From Candidatus Omnitrophota bacterium (lineage in GTDB: Bacteria > Omnitrophota > Gorgyraeia > Zapsychrales > Zapsychraceae): 64,000 nt of DNA. A program made the translations under genes and the position numbers. Where the stretch lies: contig JADFYJ010000006.1 in assembly GCA_015233115.1 (NCBI GenBank), positions 65,801 through 129,800 on the forward strand, in the 5' to 3' direction. Numbering within the stretch: the stretch's first letter is position 1; the number at the start of each line of letters is the position of its first letter. Positions 46,982 to 54,963 of the stretch are shown one piece after another. Under the pieces are notes generated by a model, which was not told the origin of the DNA, ran no database searches, and saw nothing but the letters and a program-made list of their open reading frames with translations.

Positions 46982-47254
46982 ATGACGAAAAAAGATATAG
47001 TTTTGAAGATTACCGACATGACTGGCATCAAACAAGTTGATGTTAAAAAAATTGTTCAAAAGACATTTGATGTTATCATTGAGAGTTTAATGCGGAATGA
47101 AAAGGTTGAGTTGCGTAATTTTGGGGTTTTTAAGATCAAAGAACGCCGTGCCCGTTTTGGCCGGAATCCGCGGACAGGGGACAGTGTTCCGGTTCCTCCC
47201 CGTAAAGTAGTAGTTTTTAAGCCCGGCCTTGAAATGAAACAAAAAATAAAATAA
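46982..47254 (+). CDS. HU/IHF-family DNA-binding protein.
   Basis: MTKKDIVLKITD...RNPRTGDSVPVPPRKVVVFKPG, the HU arm motif. ATG at 46982 with SD preferred over the TTG at 46964. Confidence 0.85.
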   Translation: MTKKDIVLKITDMTGIKQVDVKKIVQKTFDVIIESLMRNEKVELRNFGVFKIKERRARFGRNPRTGDSVPVPPRKVVVFKPGLEMKQKIK

Positions 47255-47289
47255 TTAAAAATTTAGTTTTTATTAAAAATAAATTCTAA

Positions 47290-47315
47290 AAAAGCGGAGT
47301 TGATACTCCGCTTTT
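47290..47315 (+). terminator. Rho-independent terminator AAAAGCGGAGT-tgat-ACTCCGCTTTT.
   Basis: Perfect 7-bp GC-rich stem followed by a T-run, 36 bp after the HU stop. Confidence 0.7.
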
Positions 47316-47320
47316 GAATT

Positions 47321-47390
47321 TAAACAACCACAAATTTACAAAATTTCAATCCAAAAACCAACAACCAAAAACCATTAACCAATCAAAATT
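47321..47390. repeat. Solo reverse-type GGTTGTTGG-subfamily arm (CCAAAAACCAACAACCAAAAACC...).
   Basis: Matches the right arms of 4184-4317, 6873-6940 and 36618-36702. Confidence 0.55.
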
Positions 47391-47396
47391 TATCTT

Positions 47397-48707
47397 ATGA
47401 GTGAAATTTTTTCAGTTCCCAGAGGCACCGCCGATATCCTTCCTGCGGAGATTGGTTTGTGGAATAAAGTCAATTGCCAGGCGCGGTCTGTGCTTAACGC
47501 GTATAATTACAAAGAAATCCGTACTCCTATTTTTGAAGAGACCGGCCTTTTTGCCCGTTCTATGGGGCAGACCAGTGATGTGGTGCAGAAACAAATGTTG
47601 AACTTGGCGAGTCAGGCCAAAGATGAACAGGGACAAATTCAATTATCCGGTTTATCATTACGGCCTGAAGGCACGGCTGCAGTCGTACGTTCCTATATCG
47701 AAAACCGTTTGGATAAAAAAGAAAGCTTAACCAAACTTTTTTATGTGGGGCCCATGTTTCGCGGCGAGCGTCCACAAAAAGGGCGTTTGCGTCAATTTCA
47801 TCAAATCGGGGTGGAAGCGATTGGACCTCAATCCGGTTCGCCTTATTTAGACGCTGAAGTCATATCTTTGAGCATCAATATCTTAAAAAGTTTAGGTTTG
47901 TCCCAGCCAAAATTAAAAATCAATACATTAGGTAGCGCGGAAGATAAAGACAATTTCGCGAAAATTTTAAAAGAAAGAATTCAGCCGTCCGTCATAGAAT
48001 TATGCCCGGATTGTCAAAACCGTTTCGAGCGCAATGTGTTCCGCATTTTGGATTGTAAGAATGAAGCCTGTAAAGCCGTGGTGCGTAAAGTTCAGATTGA
48101 CCGATCTTATTTATCTGAAGCGAGTTTGAAATATTACGAGACAGTGAAAAATCTTTTAACGGATTTGGGCGTGGTTTATGAGGAAAGTTTGAATTTGGTG
48201 CGGGGATTAGATTATTATACTCATACGGTTTTTGAGATTTCAGATTCGTCATTAGGCAGTCAGGATGCTTTGGGCGCGGGCGGCCGTTATAATACTTTAG
48301 TCAGTCAGCTGGGCGGGCCTGAAGTGGAAGCTGTGGGTTTTGCTCTGGGTATGGAACGGATTATGCTTGCTTTAGCTCAACTGCCGGGAGTTGCGTTAAT
48401 TGAAGAGGACAGGGTTGATTTTTATTTTGTCGCTTTTGATGAAAAAACCTTTAAAATAGCGTTTGATCTTATGGCTTTAGCCCGCAGTCAGGGATTTGTG
48501 TGCGATATGGATTTTCGTTCAGGTTCCATGAAAGCTCAAATGCGTCAGGCCGATAAAGCCAAAGCGCGCTTTGTCATGATTATCGGCGAGGATGAAGTGA
48601 ACAAGCAAGCTGTATCCGTAAAAAACATGGATGAACATTCGCAATTCGAATTAGCCTTTGAAGCAGTAAAAAATTTAAGAGGAACCGAATTTTTTAGTGG
48701 TAAGTGA
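47397..48707 (+). CDS. hisS: Histidine--tRNA ligase.
   Basis: Class II aaRS motifs (FRGERPQKGRLRQFHQ, GGRYNTLV), C-terminal anticodon-binding domain. Confidence 0.9.
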   Translation: MSEIFSVPRGTADILPAEIGLWNKVNCQARSVLNAYNYKEIRTPIFEETGLFARSMGQTSDVVQKQMLNLASQAKDEQGQIQLSGLSLRPEGTAAVVRSYIENRLDKKESLTKLFYVGPMFRGERPQKGRLRQFHQIGVEAIGPQSGSPYLDAEVISLSINILKSLGLSQPKLKINTLGSAEDKDNFAKILKERIQPSVIELCPDCQNRFERNVFRILDCKNEACKAVVRKVQIDRSYLSEASLKYYETVKNLLTDLGVVYEESLNLVRGLDYYTHTVFEISDSSLGSQDALGAGGRYNTLVSQLGGPEVEAVGFALGMERIMLALAQLPGVALIEEDRVDFYFVAFDEKTFKIAFDLMALARSQGFVCDMDFRSGSMKAQMRQADKAKARFVMIIGEDEVNKQAVSVKNMDEHSQFELAFEAVKNLRGTEFFSGK

Positions 48708-48718
48708 GTGAACGTCGC

Positions 48719-48757
48719 TGTTGTAGGGGCGATCTCCTGATCGCCCGAACCATAAAA
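48719..48757. repeat. Solo GC-hairpin unit GTTGTAGGGGCGATCTCCTGATCGCCCGAACCATAAAAG.
   Basis: About 90% identical to 271-308, including the ATAAAAG tail; begins 12 bp after the hisS stop. Confidence 0.75.
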
Positions 48758-48880
48758 GAATAAATTTTAATACGATAATATTTTTTGATAAAGAAAATAA
48801 AATCTGTATAATATTACCTTAATCTGTTTGTTTTTGTTAAATGCGTGAAGTATAAAATTTTTTGAAAGGATTTTAAATAA

Positions 48881-50281
48881 ATGTTGCGTACACATACTTG
48901 CGGAGAGCTCCGCAAAGAGCAGGCTAATCAGGAAGTGACGTTGTGCGGTTGGGTTGCGGCACGCCGTGATCACGGGAAATTGATTTTTATTGATATCCGC
49001 GACCGTTACGGGATTACTCAGGTGGTGTTTGTGCCGTCGGTCAGTAAAGAGGCGCATGCTACGGCTGAGAAATTGGGGCCGGAATTTGTGGTCAAAATCA
49101 CGGGAAAAGTTTCAGCGCGCCCTGCCAAAATGGTTAACGCGGATGTCCCGACCGGCGAGATTGAACTTTGCGCGGAAAAATTGACAATATTAAATGCCAG
49201 CGAAGTGCCGGTGTTTGAAATAGAAGATGAAGTTAATGTGGCGGAAGAATTGCGGTTAAAATACCGTTATTTAGATCTCCGTCGTAAAAAAGTATTTAAT
49301 GTGCTGCAGGTGCGGCATAAAATGTGTTCCATTATCAGGGAATGTTTAAATAAACAGCAGTTTATTGAAGTGGAAACTCCGGTGTTAACGAAATCTACTC
49401 CTGAAGGCGCGCGCGATTTTCTGGTGCCTTGCCGTTTGAATCCTGGAACATTTTACGCTTTGCCACAATCGCCGCAATTATTCAAACAAATTTTAATGGT
49501 TTCAGGTTTTGACCGTTATTATCAGATTGTTAAATGTTTCCGCGACGAAGATTTACGGGCTGACCGCCAGCCGGAATTCACCCAGCTGGATATGGAAATG
49601 TCTTTTGTCGACGAAGAAGATATATTCGCATTGACGGAAGGGTTATACAAAGAAATATTCAAACAGATCAAGGGTGTTGATCTTCCGACGCCGTTCCCGC
49701 GCATGACTCACCATGAGGCTATGGAAAAATATCAGAGCGATAAACCGGATATCCGCCAGCCGGGGCAGGAATATGCCTTTTTATGGGTTACGGATTTTCC
49801 GATGTTTAAATATAATGCCGAAGAAAAGCGCTGGGAAAGCGAGCATCATCCGTTCACGTCGTGCAATGACGCGGATATGGAATTATTAAACAAGGGCGAA
49901 TATGCCAAGGCTACGTCTAGAGCGTATGATCTGGTGTTAAACGGAATGGAGATCGGCAGCGGTTCGATCCGTATTCATAACCGGGACATGCAGAAGAAAA
50001 TTTTTGAAATTATTGGCATTGACGAGAAACAGGCATTGGATCGTTTTGGTTTCTTGTTAAAAGCTTTCGAATATGGCGCGCCGCCTCACGCGGGTGTGGC
50101 CTATGGTATTGATCGCCTGGTGTCGGTATTGACCGGTTGTGAATCGATCCGGGATACGATCGCGTTCCCGAAAACACAAAAAGGCAGTTGTCCTATTTCT
50201 GATGCTCCTTCGACGGTGGATCAGAAACAGTTACAGGAATTGGGCATAATGACTATTAAAAAAGGAGATAAAAATGCGTAA
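48881..50281 (+). CDS. aspS: Aspartate--tRNA ligase, a short (466 aa) bacterial-type form without the GAD insertion domain.
   Basis: N-terminal OB fold, class II motifs (FRDEDLRADRQPEFTQLD, GSGSIRIH), bacterial-type C-terminus AFPKTQKG. Confidence 0.9.
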   Translation: MLRTHTCGELRKEQANQEVTLCGWVAARRDHGKLIFIDIRDRYGITQVVFVPSVSKEAHATAEKLGPEFVVKITGKVSARPAKMVNADVPTGEIELCAEKLTILNASEVPVFEIEDEVNVAEELRLKYRYLDLRRKKVFNVLQVRHKMCSIIRECLNKQQFIEVETPVLTKSTPEGARDFLVPCRLNPGTFYALPQSPQLFKQILMVSGFDRYYQIVKCFRDEDLRADRQPEFTQLDMEMSFVDEEDIFALTEGLYKEIFKQIKGVDLPTPFPRMTHHEAMEKYQSDKPDIRQPGQEYAFLWVTDFPMFKYNAEEKRWESEHHPFTSCNDADMELLNKGEYAKATSRAYDLVLNGMEIGSGSIRIHNRDMQKKIFEIIGIDEKQALDRFGFLLKAFEYGAPPHAGVAYGIDRLVSVLTGCESIRDTIAFPKTQKGSCPISDAPSTVDQKQLQELGIMTIKKGDKNA

Positions 50282-50903
50282 CTTATTCGTGAAATTTGCA
50301 GGAGTTGCGTTCTGCACATTAATGTTAAGCGCTTGTTCAACAACTAAAGGCGTCGAGGTCAAGGCTTTTATTGATGACCGTCAACGCGTAGACCAGGATT
50401 TGACTCAGGGAAATGCCGGATATATGGCTGGTACTCCGTCTGCTGCGGAATTGAATAAAGATCGTGAGAAAACCCGTAAAGTTTTTGTCATGGAAGTTAC
50501 CAAACCGGCAAAAGGCGTTGACCAGAAATTTTACGAATATAATTATCAAACCGCAAAAGGCCAGGTAGCAAGCGAGTCGCAACCAAGTGAAGCTTCACAG
50601 CCGGTAGTAGAACACAAAACTGCGGTCGAAGAAGAAGCTCCTAAATTAAATATTCCTAATTTTGATGATCAGGCTCCGGCGGTAAAAGCACATAAAACGG
50701 AAACTGAAGCTGTTGCTCAGCCGTCAGGTGATGGGACTTATACGGCATATACCGTTGAAAAAGATGATACCTTGCAGAAGATTGCTGTGAAGTTTTATAA
50801 GTCGAGTAAAAAATGGTACAAGATTTATCAATTCAACAAAGATGTCATTAAAAATCCTGATCATGTCAAAGCGGGTTTAAAAATTAAGATTCCTAACCTG
50901 TAA
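50274..50903 (+). CDS. Lipoprotein with a C-terminal LysM domain.
   Basis: Lipobox LSACST; C-terminal YTVEKDDTLQKIAVKFY...YQFN LysM. Confidence 0.6.
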   Translation: MRNLFVKFAGVAFCTLMLSACSTTKGVEVKAFIDDRQRVDQDLTQGNAGYMAGTPSAAELNKDREKTRKVFVMEVTKPAKGVDQKFYEYNYQTAKGQVASESQPSEASQPVVEHKTAVEEEAPKLNIPNFDDQAPAVKAHKTETEAVAQPSGDGTYTAYTVEKDDTLQKIAVKFYKSSKKWYKIYQFNKDVIKNPDHVKAGLKIKIPNL

Positions 50904-50915
50904 ACTTGGAGGCTC

Positions 50916-51869
50916 ATGGAACGCAATCTCATTTTTGAAAGTAATTATGATCTTCAGGCGATATTTGGAAAATATGATAAGAATTTGATTTTGATTGAAA
51001 AAGAATTAAACGTCAAGATTTCTCGTCAGAATGAGGGTCTTAAGATTATTGGCGATGAGAAACAGGTGGAAAAATCCTGCCAGTTCTTTGAGTATTTATT
51101 CGGCATAGTTAAAAGTGGTGTCAGCATCAAGACTCGCGATATTGCTTATGCTCTCCGCATGGTTAAAGGCGACGGCGCTGTTGATTTTAAAAAATTGGCC
51201 AAAGGACAGATTGATGTTTCGGTTAAGGGACAGTTGGTCATGCCCAAGACCAAAGGTCAGTTTGAATATGTGGAAGCCATTAAGCAAAATGATATTGTGT
51301 TCGGTATTGGACCGGCAGGCACGGGTAAAACCTACTTGGCTATGGCCATGGCTGTTAACGCGTTTAAAAAAGGCTTAGTCCGCCGTATTGTATTGACCCG
51401 CCCGGCTATTGAAGCCGGCGAAAGTTTAGGATTTTTACCCGGCGATATGGTTGAAAAAGTTTCCCCGTATCTGCGTCCGTTATACGACGCGCTGTATGAC
51501 ATGATGGAAGGGGATAAGGTTGAAGAATTGACTGAGCAGGGTATCATTGAAGTCGCGCCTTTGGCTTTTATGCGGGGACGCACCTTGAACGACGCGTTTG
51601 TTATTTTGGACGAGGCTCAGAATACCACTCCTTACCAGATGAAAATGTTTCTGACCCGTCTGGGTTTTGATTCCAAGACCGTTATTACCGGGGATCCGAC
51701 GCAAAGCGATCTTCCTAAAGGAATCCCTAATGGTTTATCAGATGCTCAAAAAGTTTTAAAAAGCATTGAGGGCATTAAATTCGTTCCTTTGACCGCGGAA
51801 GACGTGGTCAGGCATGAATTAGTGCAGAAGATCATTGAGGCATACGAACATGACCATTCCCGAGCATAA
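50916..51869 (+). CDS. phoH: PhoH-family ATPase.
   Basis: GIGPAGTGKTYLAMA Walker A, DEAQN Walker B; 317 aa. Confidence 0.9.
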   Translation: MERNLIFESNYDLQAIFGKYDKNLILIEKELNVKISRQNEGLKIIGDEKQVEKSCQFFEYLFGIVKSGVSIKTRDIAYALRMVKGDGAVDFKKLAKGQIDVSVKGQLVMPKTKGQFEYVEAIKQNDIVFGIGPAGTGKTYLAMAMAVNAFKKGLVRRIVLTRPAIEAGESLGFLPGDMVEKVSPYLRPLYDALYDMMEGDKVEELTEQGIIEVAPLAFMRGRTLNDAFVILDEAQNTTPYQMKMFLTRLGFDSKTVITGDPTQSDLPKGIPNGLSDAQKVLKSIEGIKFVPLTAEDVVRHELVQKIIEAYEHDHSRA

Positions 51870-53211
51870 AAGCGACAAGGAAAATTTTTCCGGGCCTTTG
51901 ACGGGGTTTTCGTTTTTTGTCTTATTTACTTTTTTTTGCTGGAAAATCGGTTTTCCTTTAAGCATCCCGATTTTATATTTCATCGTCGCGATTTATCTTA
52001 ATTACTTCCATAAAGCCACCACGAAATTGTTCCTCAATTTGGGATTGCTCCTGGCATTATTAATGTTTGTCACGGATTTCATCAGCCACTATACCCAGTT
52101 GTCCGGTTATTATGTTCCGGTCGCGGGATTCTCTATGCTGGTGATTTTGCTGTTTAATGACATCCAATTGACTTTTTTGATAACTTTATTGAGCAGTATG
52201 ACCGCCAGCTTGATCATGGGTGGTAATTTTAATATGATGGTGATCTTTTTAGTGAGCGGGCTGACCGCGGCCATGATCGTTAAAGGTGCCCGCACCCGCG
52301 GCCACTTGATTGGCGCCGGAATCATGGTCAGCGCGGCAGGAGCCATGAGTTTGTTTATTACCGGTTGTGGACTGGAACAGTTTATAACGCAGGATTTTCT
52401 TAATAGTAAATTATATCCTCTGGTATGGAATGGTTTGATATCCGCGGCTATGGTAGCGGCCACACTCAAAATTTTTGAGACTATGTTTGGGGTACTGACC
52501 AATTACAGCCTTTTTGAACTGTCCGATTCCAATCAGCCGCTTTTAAAACGTTTAATCATGGAAGCGCCGGGAACCTATCATCATTCGTTGGTCGTCGGTA
52601 ATTTGGCTGAGGCAGCCGCGGATGAAATTGGCGCGAATCCCTTGCTGGCCAGAGTCGGCGCTTATTATCATGATGCCGGCAAAATAATTAAAGCGGATTA
52701 CTTCGCGGAAAATCAGTTTAATACCCCAAGCAATAAACATGATTTTATCGAGCCTACCATGAGCCGTTTGGTGATTTTAAACCACGTCAAAGAAGGCGTT
52801 GAAATAGCTAAAAAATATAAACTGAACCCCCGTCTGGTTGATTTTATCACCGAACATCATGGTACCAGCCTGGTCCATTTTTTTTATCAGCGTGCCCTGG
52901 AATCTGCTGAGGAAGGGGAAGTGGTTAAGGAAGAAGATTACCGTTATCCCGGCCCTAAACCGCAAAGCCCTGAAACCGCGATCTGCATGCTGGCCGATTC
53001 CGTGGAAGGAGCGGTTCGCTCTGTGGATGATCCTAATCCGGCTAGAATTGAAGAAACAGTTAAGAAAGTGGTTAATAATAAATTCATCGACGGACAATTA
53101 GATGAATGCACCTTGACCTTACAGCAAATCGATAAAATTTCCAAGACGTTTACGCGTATTTTATCAGCTATGCACCACGCTCGTGTTAGGTATCCTGATA
53201 AGAAAACGTAA
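51850..53211 (+). CDS. 7TM-receptor with intracellular HD hydrolase (YqfF/PgpH-like).
   Basis: Seven N-terminal TM helices, C-terminal HD domain (HHSLVVGNLAE...YYHDAGK). Start at 51835 or 51850; overlaps the phoH 3' end. Confidence 0.75.
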   Translation: MTIPEHKSDKENFSGPLTGFSFFVLFTFFCWKIGFPLSIPILYFIVAIYLNYFHKATTKLFLNLGLLLALLMFVTDFISHYTQLSGYYVPVAGFSMLVILLFNDIQLTFLITLLSSMTASLIMGGNFNMMVIFLVSGLTAAMIVKGARTRGHLIGAGIMVSAAGAMSLFITGCGLEQFITQDFLNSKLYPLVWNGLISAAMVAATLKIFETMFGVLTNYSLFELSDSNQPLLKRLIMEAPGTYHHSLVVGNLAEAAADEIGANPLLARVGAYYHDAGKIIKADYFAENQFNTPSNKHDFIEPTMSRLVILNHVKEGVEIAKKYKLNPRLVDFITEHHGTSLVHFFYQRALESAEEGEVVKEEDYRYPGPKPQSPETAICMLADSVEGAVRSVDDPNPARIEETVKKVVNNKFIDGQLDECTLTLQQIDKISKTFTRILSAMHHARVRYPDKKT

Positions 53212-53270
53212 CAACGTGCGCCGTTCGCGGGAGCTCACGGCACTACTCGGACATTGCGTCCTCGGTCGCA

Positions 53271-53345
53271 GAGTAACCGAGTAACAGAGTAACAGAGTCT
53301 AATCAAAAAAAAGCAAAACGCGATAAGCAATAAAATAAAAAATTG
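53271..53345. repeat. Forward-type GTAACNGA arm (GAGTAACCGAGTAACAGAGTAACAGAGT) plus an A-rich core, with no reverse partner.
   Basis: Same units as the other GTAACNGA-subfamily forward arms; preceded by a GC-rich stretch containing CGCGGGAGCTC. Confidence 0.6.
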
Positions 53346-53759
53346 GAAATACACGTTACTAATCTTCAGAATAAAATCAAAATCGACTCCAAGCGGGTCA
53401 TCTTGAACGTCCAGAAAATCTTAAACCAGCAAAAAATTGTAAAAGCATCTTTAAATTTTGTTTTTGTGTCCGGACGGAAAATGCGGTTTTTGAACAGCCG
53501 GTACATGAATCATCATGATACGACGGATGTTCTGACCTTTGACTTAAAGGATAAACCGGACGATCAGCGCGTGCGTGGTGAAATATTTATTTCTGCTGAT
53601 GAGGCGGTTAAAAACGCCCGCATTTATAAAACATCTCCAGATCAAGAACTCAAACTTTATATCATTCACGGCATATTGCATTTATTAGGCTATGATGATC
53701 ACCGTCCAAGTGATATTAAAAAAATGAGAGAAAAAGAGCAACAATTGTTGGGTATATGA
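53343..53759 (+). CDS. ybeY: rRNA maturation endoribonuclease YbeY.
   Basis: HGILHLLGYDH metal-binding motif; TTG start. Confidence 0.85.
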   Translation: MEIHVTNLQNKIKIDSKRVILNVQKILNQQKIVKASLNFVFVSGRKMRFLNSRYMNHHDTTDVLTFDLKDKPDDQRVRGEIFISADEAVKNARIYKTSPDQELKLYIIHGILHLLGYDDHRPSDIKKMREKEQQLLGI

Positions 53760-54487
53760 TTATATCTACAGATGCTATAGTTTTACGAACTTTTGATTAC
53801 CGCGAAACCAGCAAGATTGCGACTTTTTTCACCCTTGAAAAAGGCAAAGTTTCCGGCGTTATGAAAGGGATCCGCAAAGATCCCCGCAAATTCGGCAGCA
53901 GCGTGGACCGATTTTCCGTCAACGGAATTGTTTATTACGAATATAGTCACAGCACTCTGCACCTGATCAGCCAATGCGATTTAAAACAATATTTTTTTAA
54001 ATTGCGGGAAGAATATCGGAAAAATGTGGCGGCAAATTATATTTTGGAATTAGTGGACAGCATTATGGCTCCGGAATTGCCGAATCAGCAAATTTATGAA
54101 TTGATGGTGGATTATTTGAACACTTTGGAGGTATCATCTGATATTGACAAATTGGTCCACGCGTTTCAGATTAAGGTGTTATTATATTCAGGTTTCCGCC
54201 CGCATATTGATTCATGCGTCAAATGCGGCAAAAAAATTGACGGCCGGGTGCGTTTCAGCATGCGGCTAGGCGGGTTGGTTTGCCCGACTTGCCCGACCAG
54301 AGAAACATCTTTTGTAGTCGTATCCAAAGGCGCGATCGCCTCTATGCTCTATATCGAATCGCATAAATGGTCAGAATGCATAAAATTGAAATTGCATAAA
54401 GAAATCCAACAGGAATTAAAATTTATCCTCAATAACTTTTTGGTGTATCATCTGGAGAAACGAATTAAGGCGGGGAAATACCTATGA
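53756..54487 (+). CDS. recO: DNA repair protein RecO.
   Basis: N-terminal OB fold (AIVLRTFDYRETSKI), C-terminal zinc motif CxxC...CxxC; ATGA overlap with ybeY. Confidence 0.8.
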   Translation: MIISTDAIVLRTFDYRETSKIATFFTLEKGKVSGVMKGIRKDPRKFGSSVDRFSVNGIVYYEYSHSTLHLISQCDLKQYFFKLREEYRKNVAANYILELVDSIMAPELPNQQIYELMVDYLNTLEVSSDIDKLVHAFQIKVLLYSGFRPHIDSCVKCGKKIDGRVRFSMRLGGLVCPTCPTRETSFVVVSKGAIASMLYIESHKWSECIKLKLHKEIQQELKFILNNFLVYHLEKRIKAGKYL

Positions 54488-54885
54488 AACTTTGGTACCT
54501 CGTCATGCGCGGGATTTTTATTAATGAGCAAAAACAAGTGCTCATGCTGCAGCGTTCTGCTAAAAGCCGTACTTTTCCTTTGCTGTGGGAATTCCCGGGA
54601 GGGAAAGTTGATCCTGAAGAACATTTTATGGATGCTTTAAAACGTGAATTCCGGGAAGAAACCGGAATGGTCGTCGAACCAGAAAAAGTATTAGGTTCTG
54701 CTGAAATGGATTTTAGCGATTATCAGATGGCCTATTTATTTGCCCTTGTTTCAGGTGACTCCCAAGAAGTCAAAATTACTTCTGAACATGAACAATTCCT
54801 CTGGGCGGATCAAAATATTTTAAAAAATTTACAAATATCATCCCCGCATCTCAATATTTTGCCGTTAGTTTTGTCTTTGTTGTAA
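54484..54885 (+). CDS. NUDIX hydrolase.
   Basis: Nudix box GGKVDPEEHFMDALKREFREETG. Confidence 0.7.
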   Translation: MKLWYLVMRGIFINEQKQVLMLQRSAKSRTFPLLWEFPGGKVDPEEHFMDALKREFREETGMVVEPEKVLGSAEMDFSDYQMAYLFALVSGDSQEVKITSEHEQFLWADQNILKNLQISSPHLNILPLVLSLL

Positions 54886-54963
54886 AAATTTTCAGAGCCT
54901 TGCCAAATCAAGATTATATGGCATACTTGACGTAAATTCCCTTATATATATTAGGTATCTTTC

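Noticed and set aside
53212-53270. GC-rich stretch CGTGCGCCGTTCGCGGGAGCTCACGGCAC before the 53271 repeat, and the similar GGAGCTCCGCGAG at 435-447, considered as a further shared element.
   Set aside because: Similarity is limited to a GAGCTC-centred dozen bases. Too short to call a repeat family; noted only.
1694-53345. The palindromic elements were considered as simple rho-independent terminators.
   Set aside because: The T-run precedes rather than follows the 3' arm on both strands, and the stems are separated by 60-350 nt. The pattern does not fit intrinsic terminators, although short internal hairpins may still terminate.
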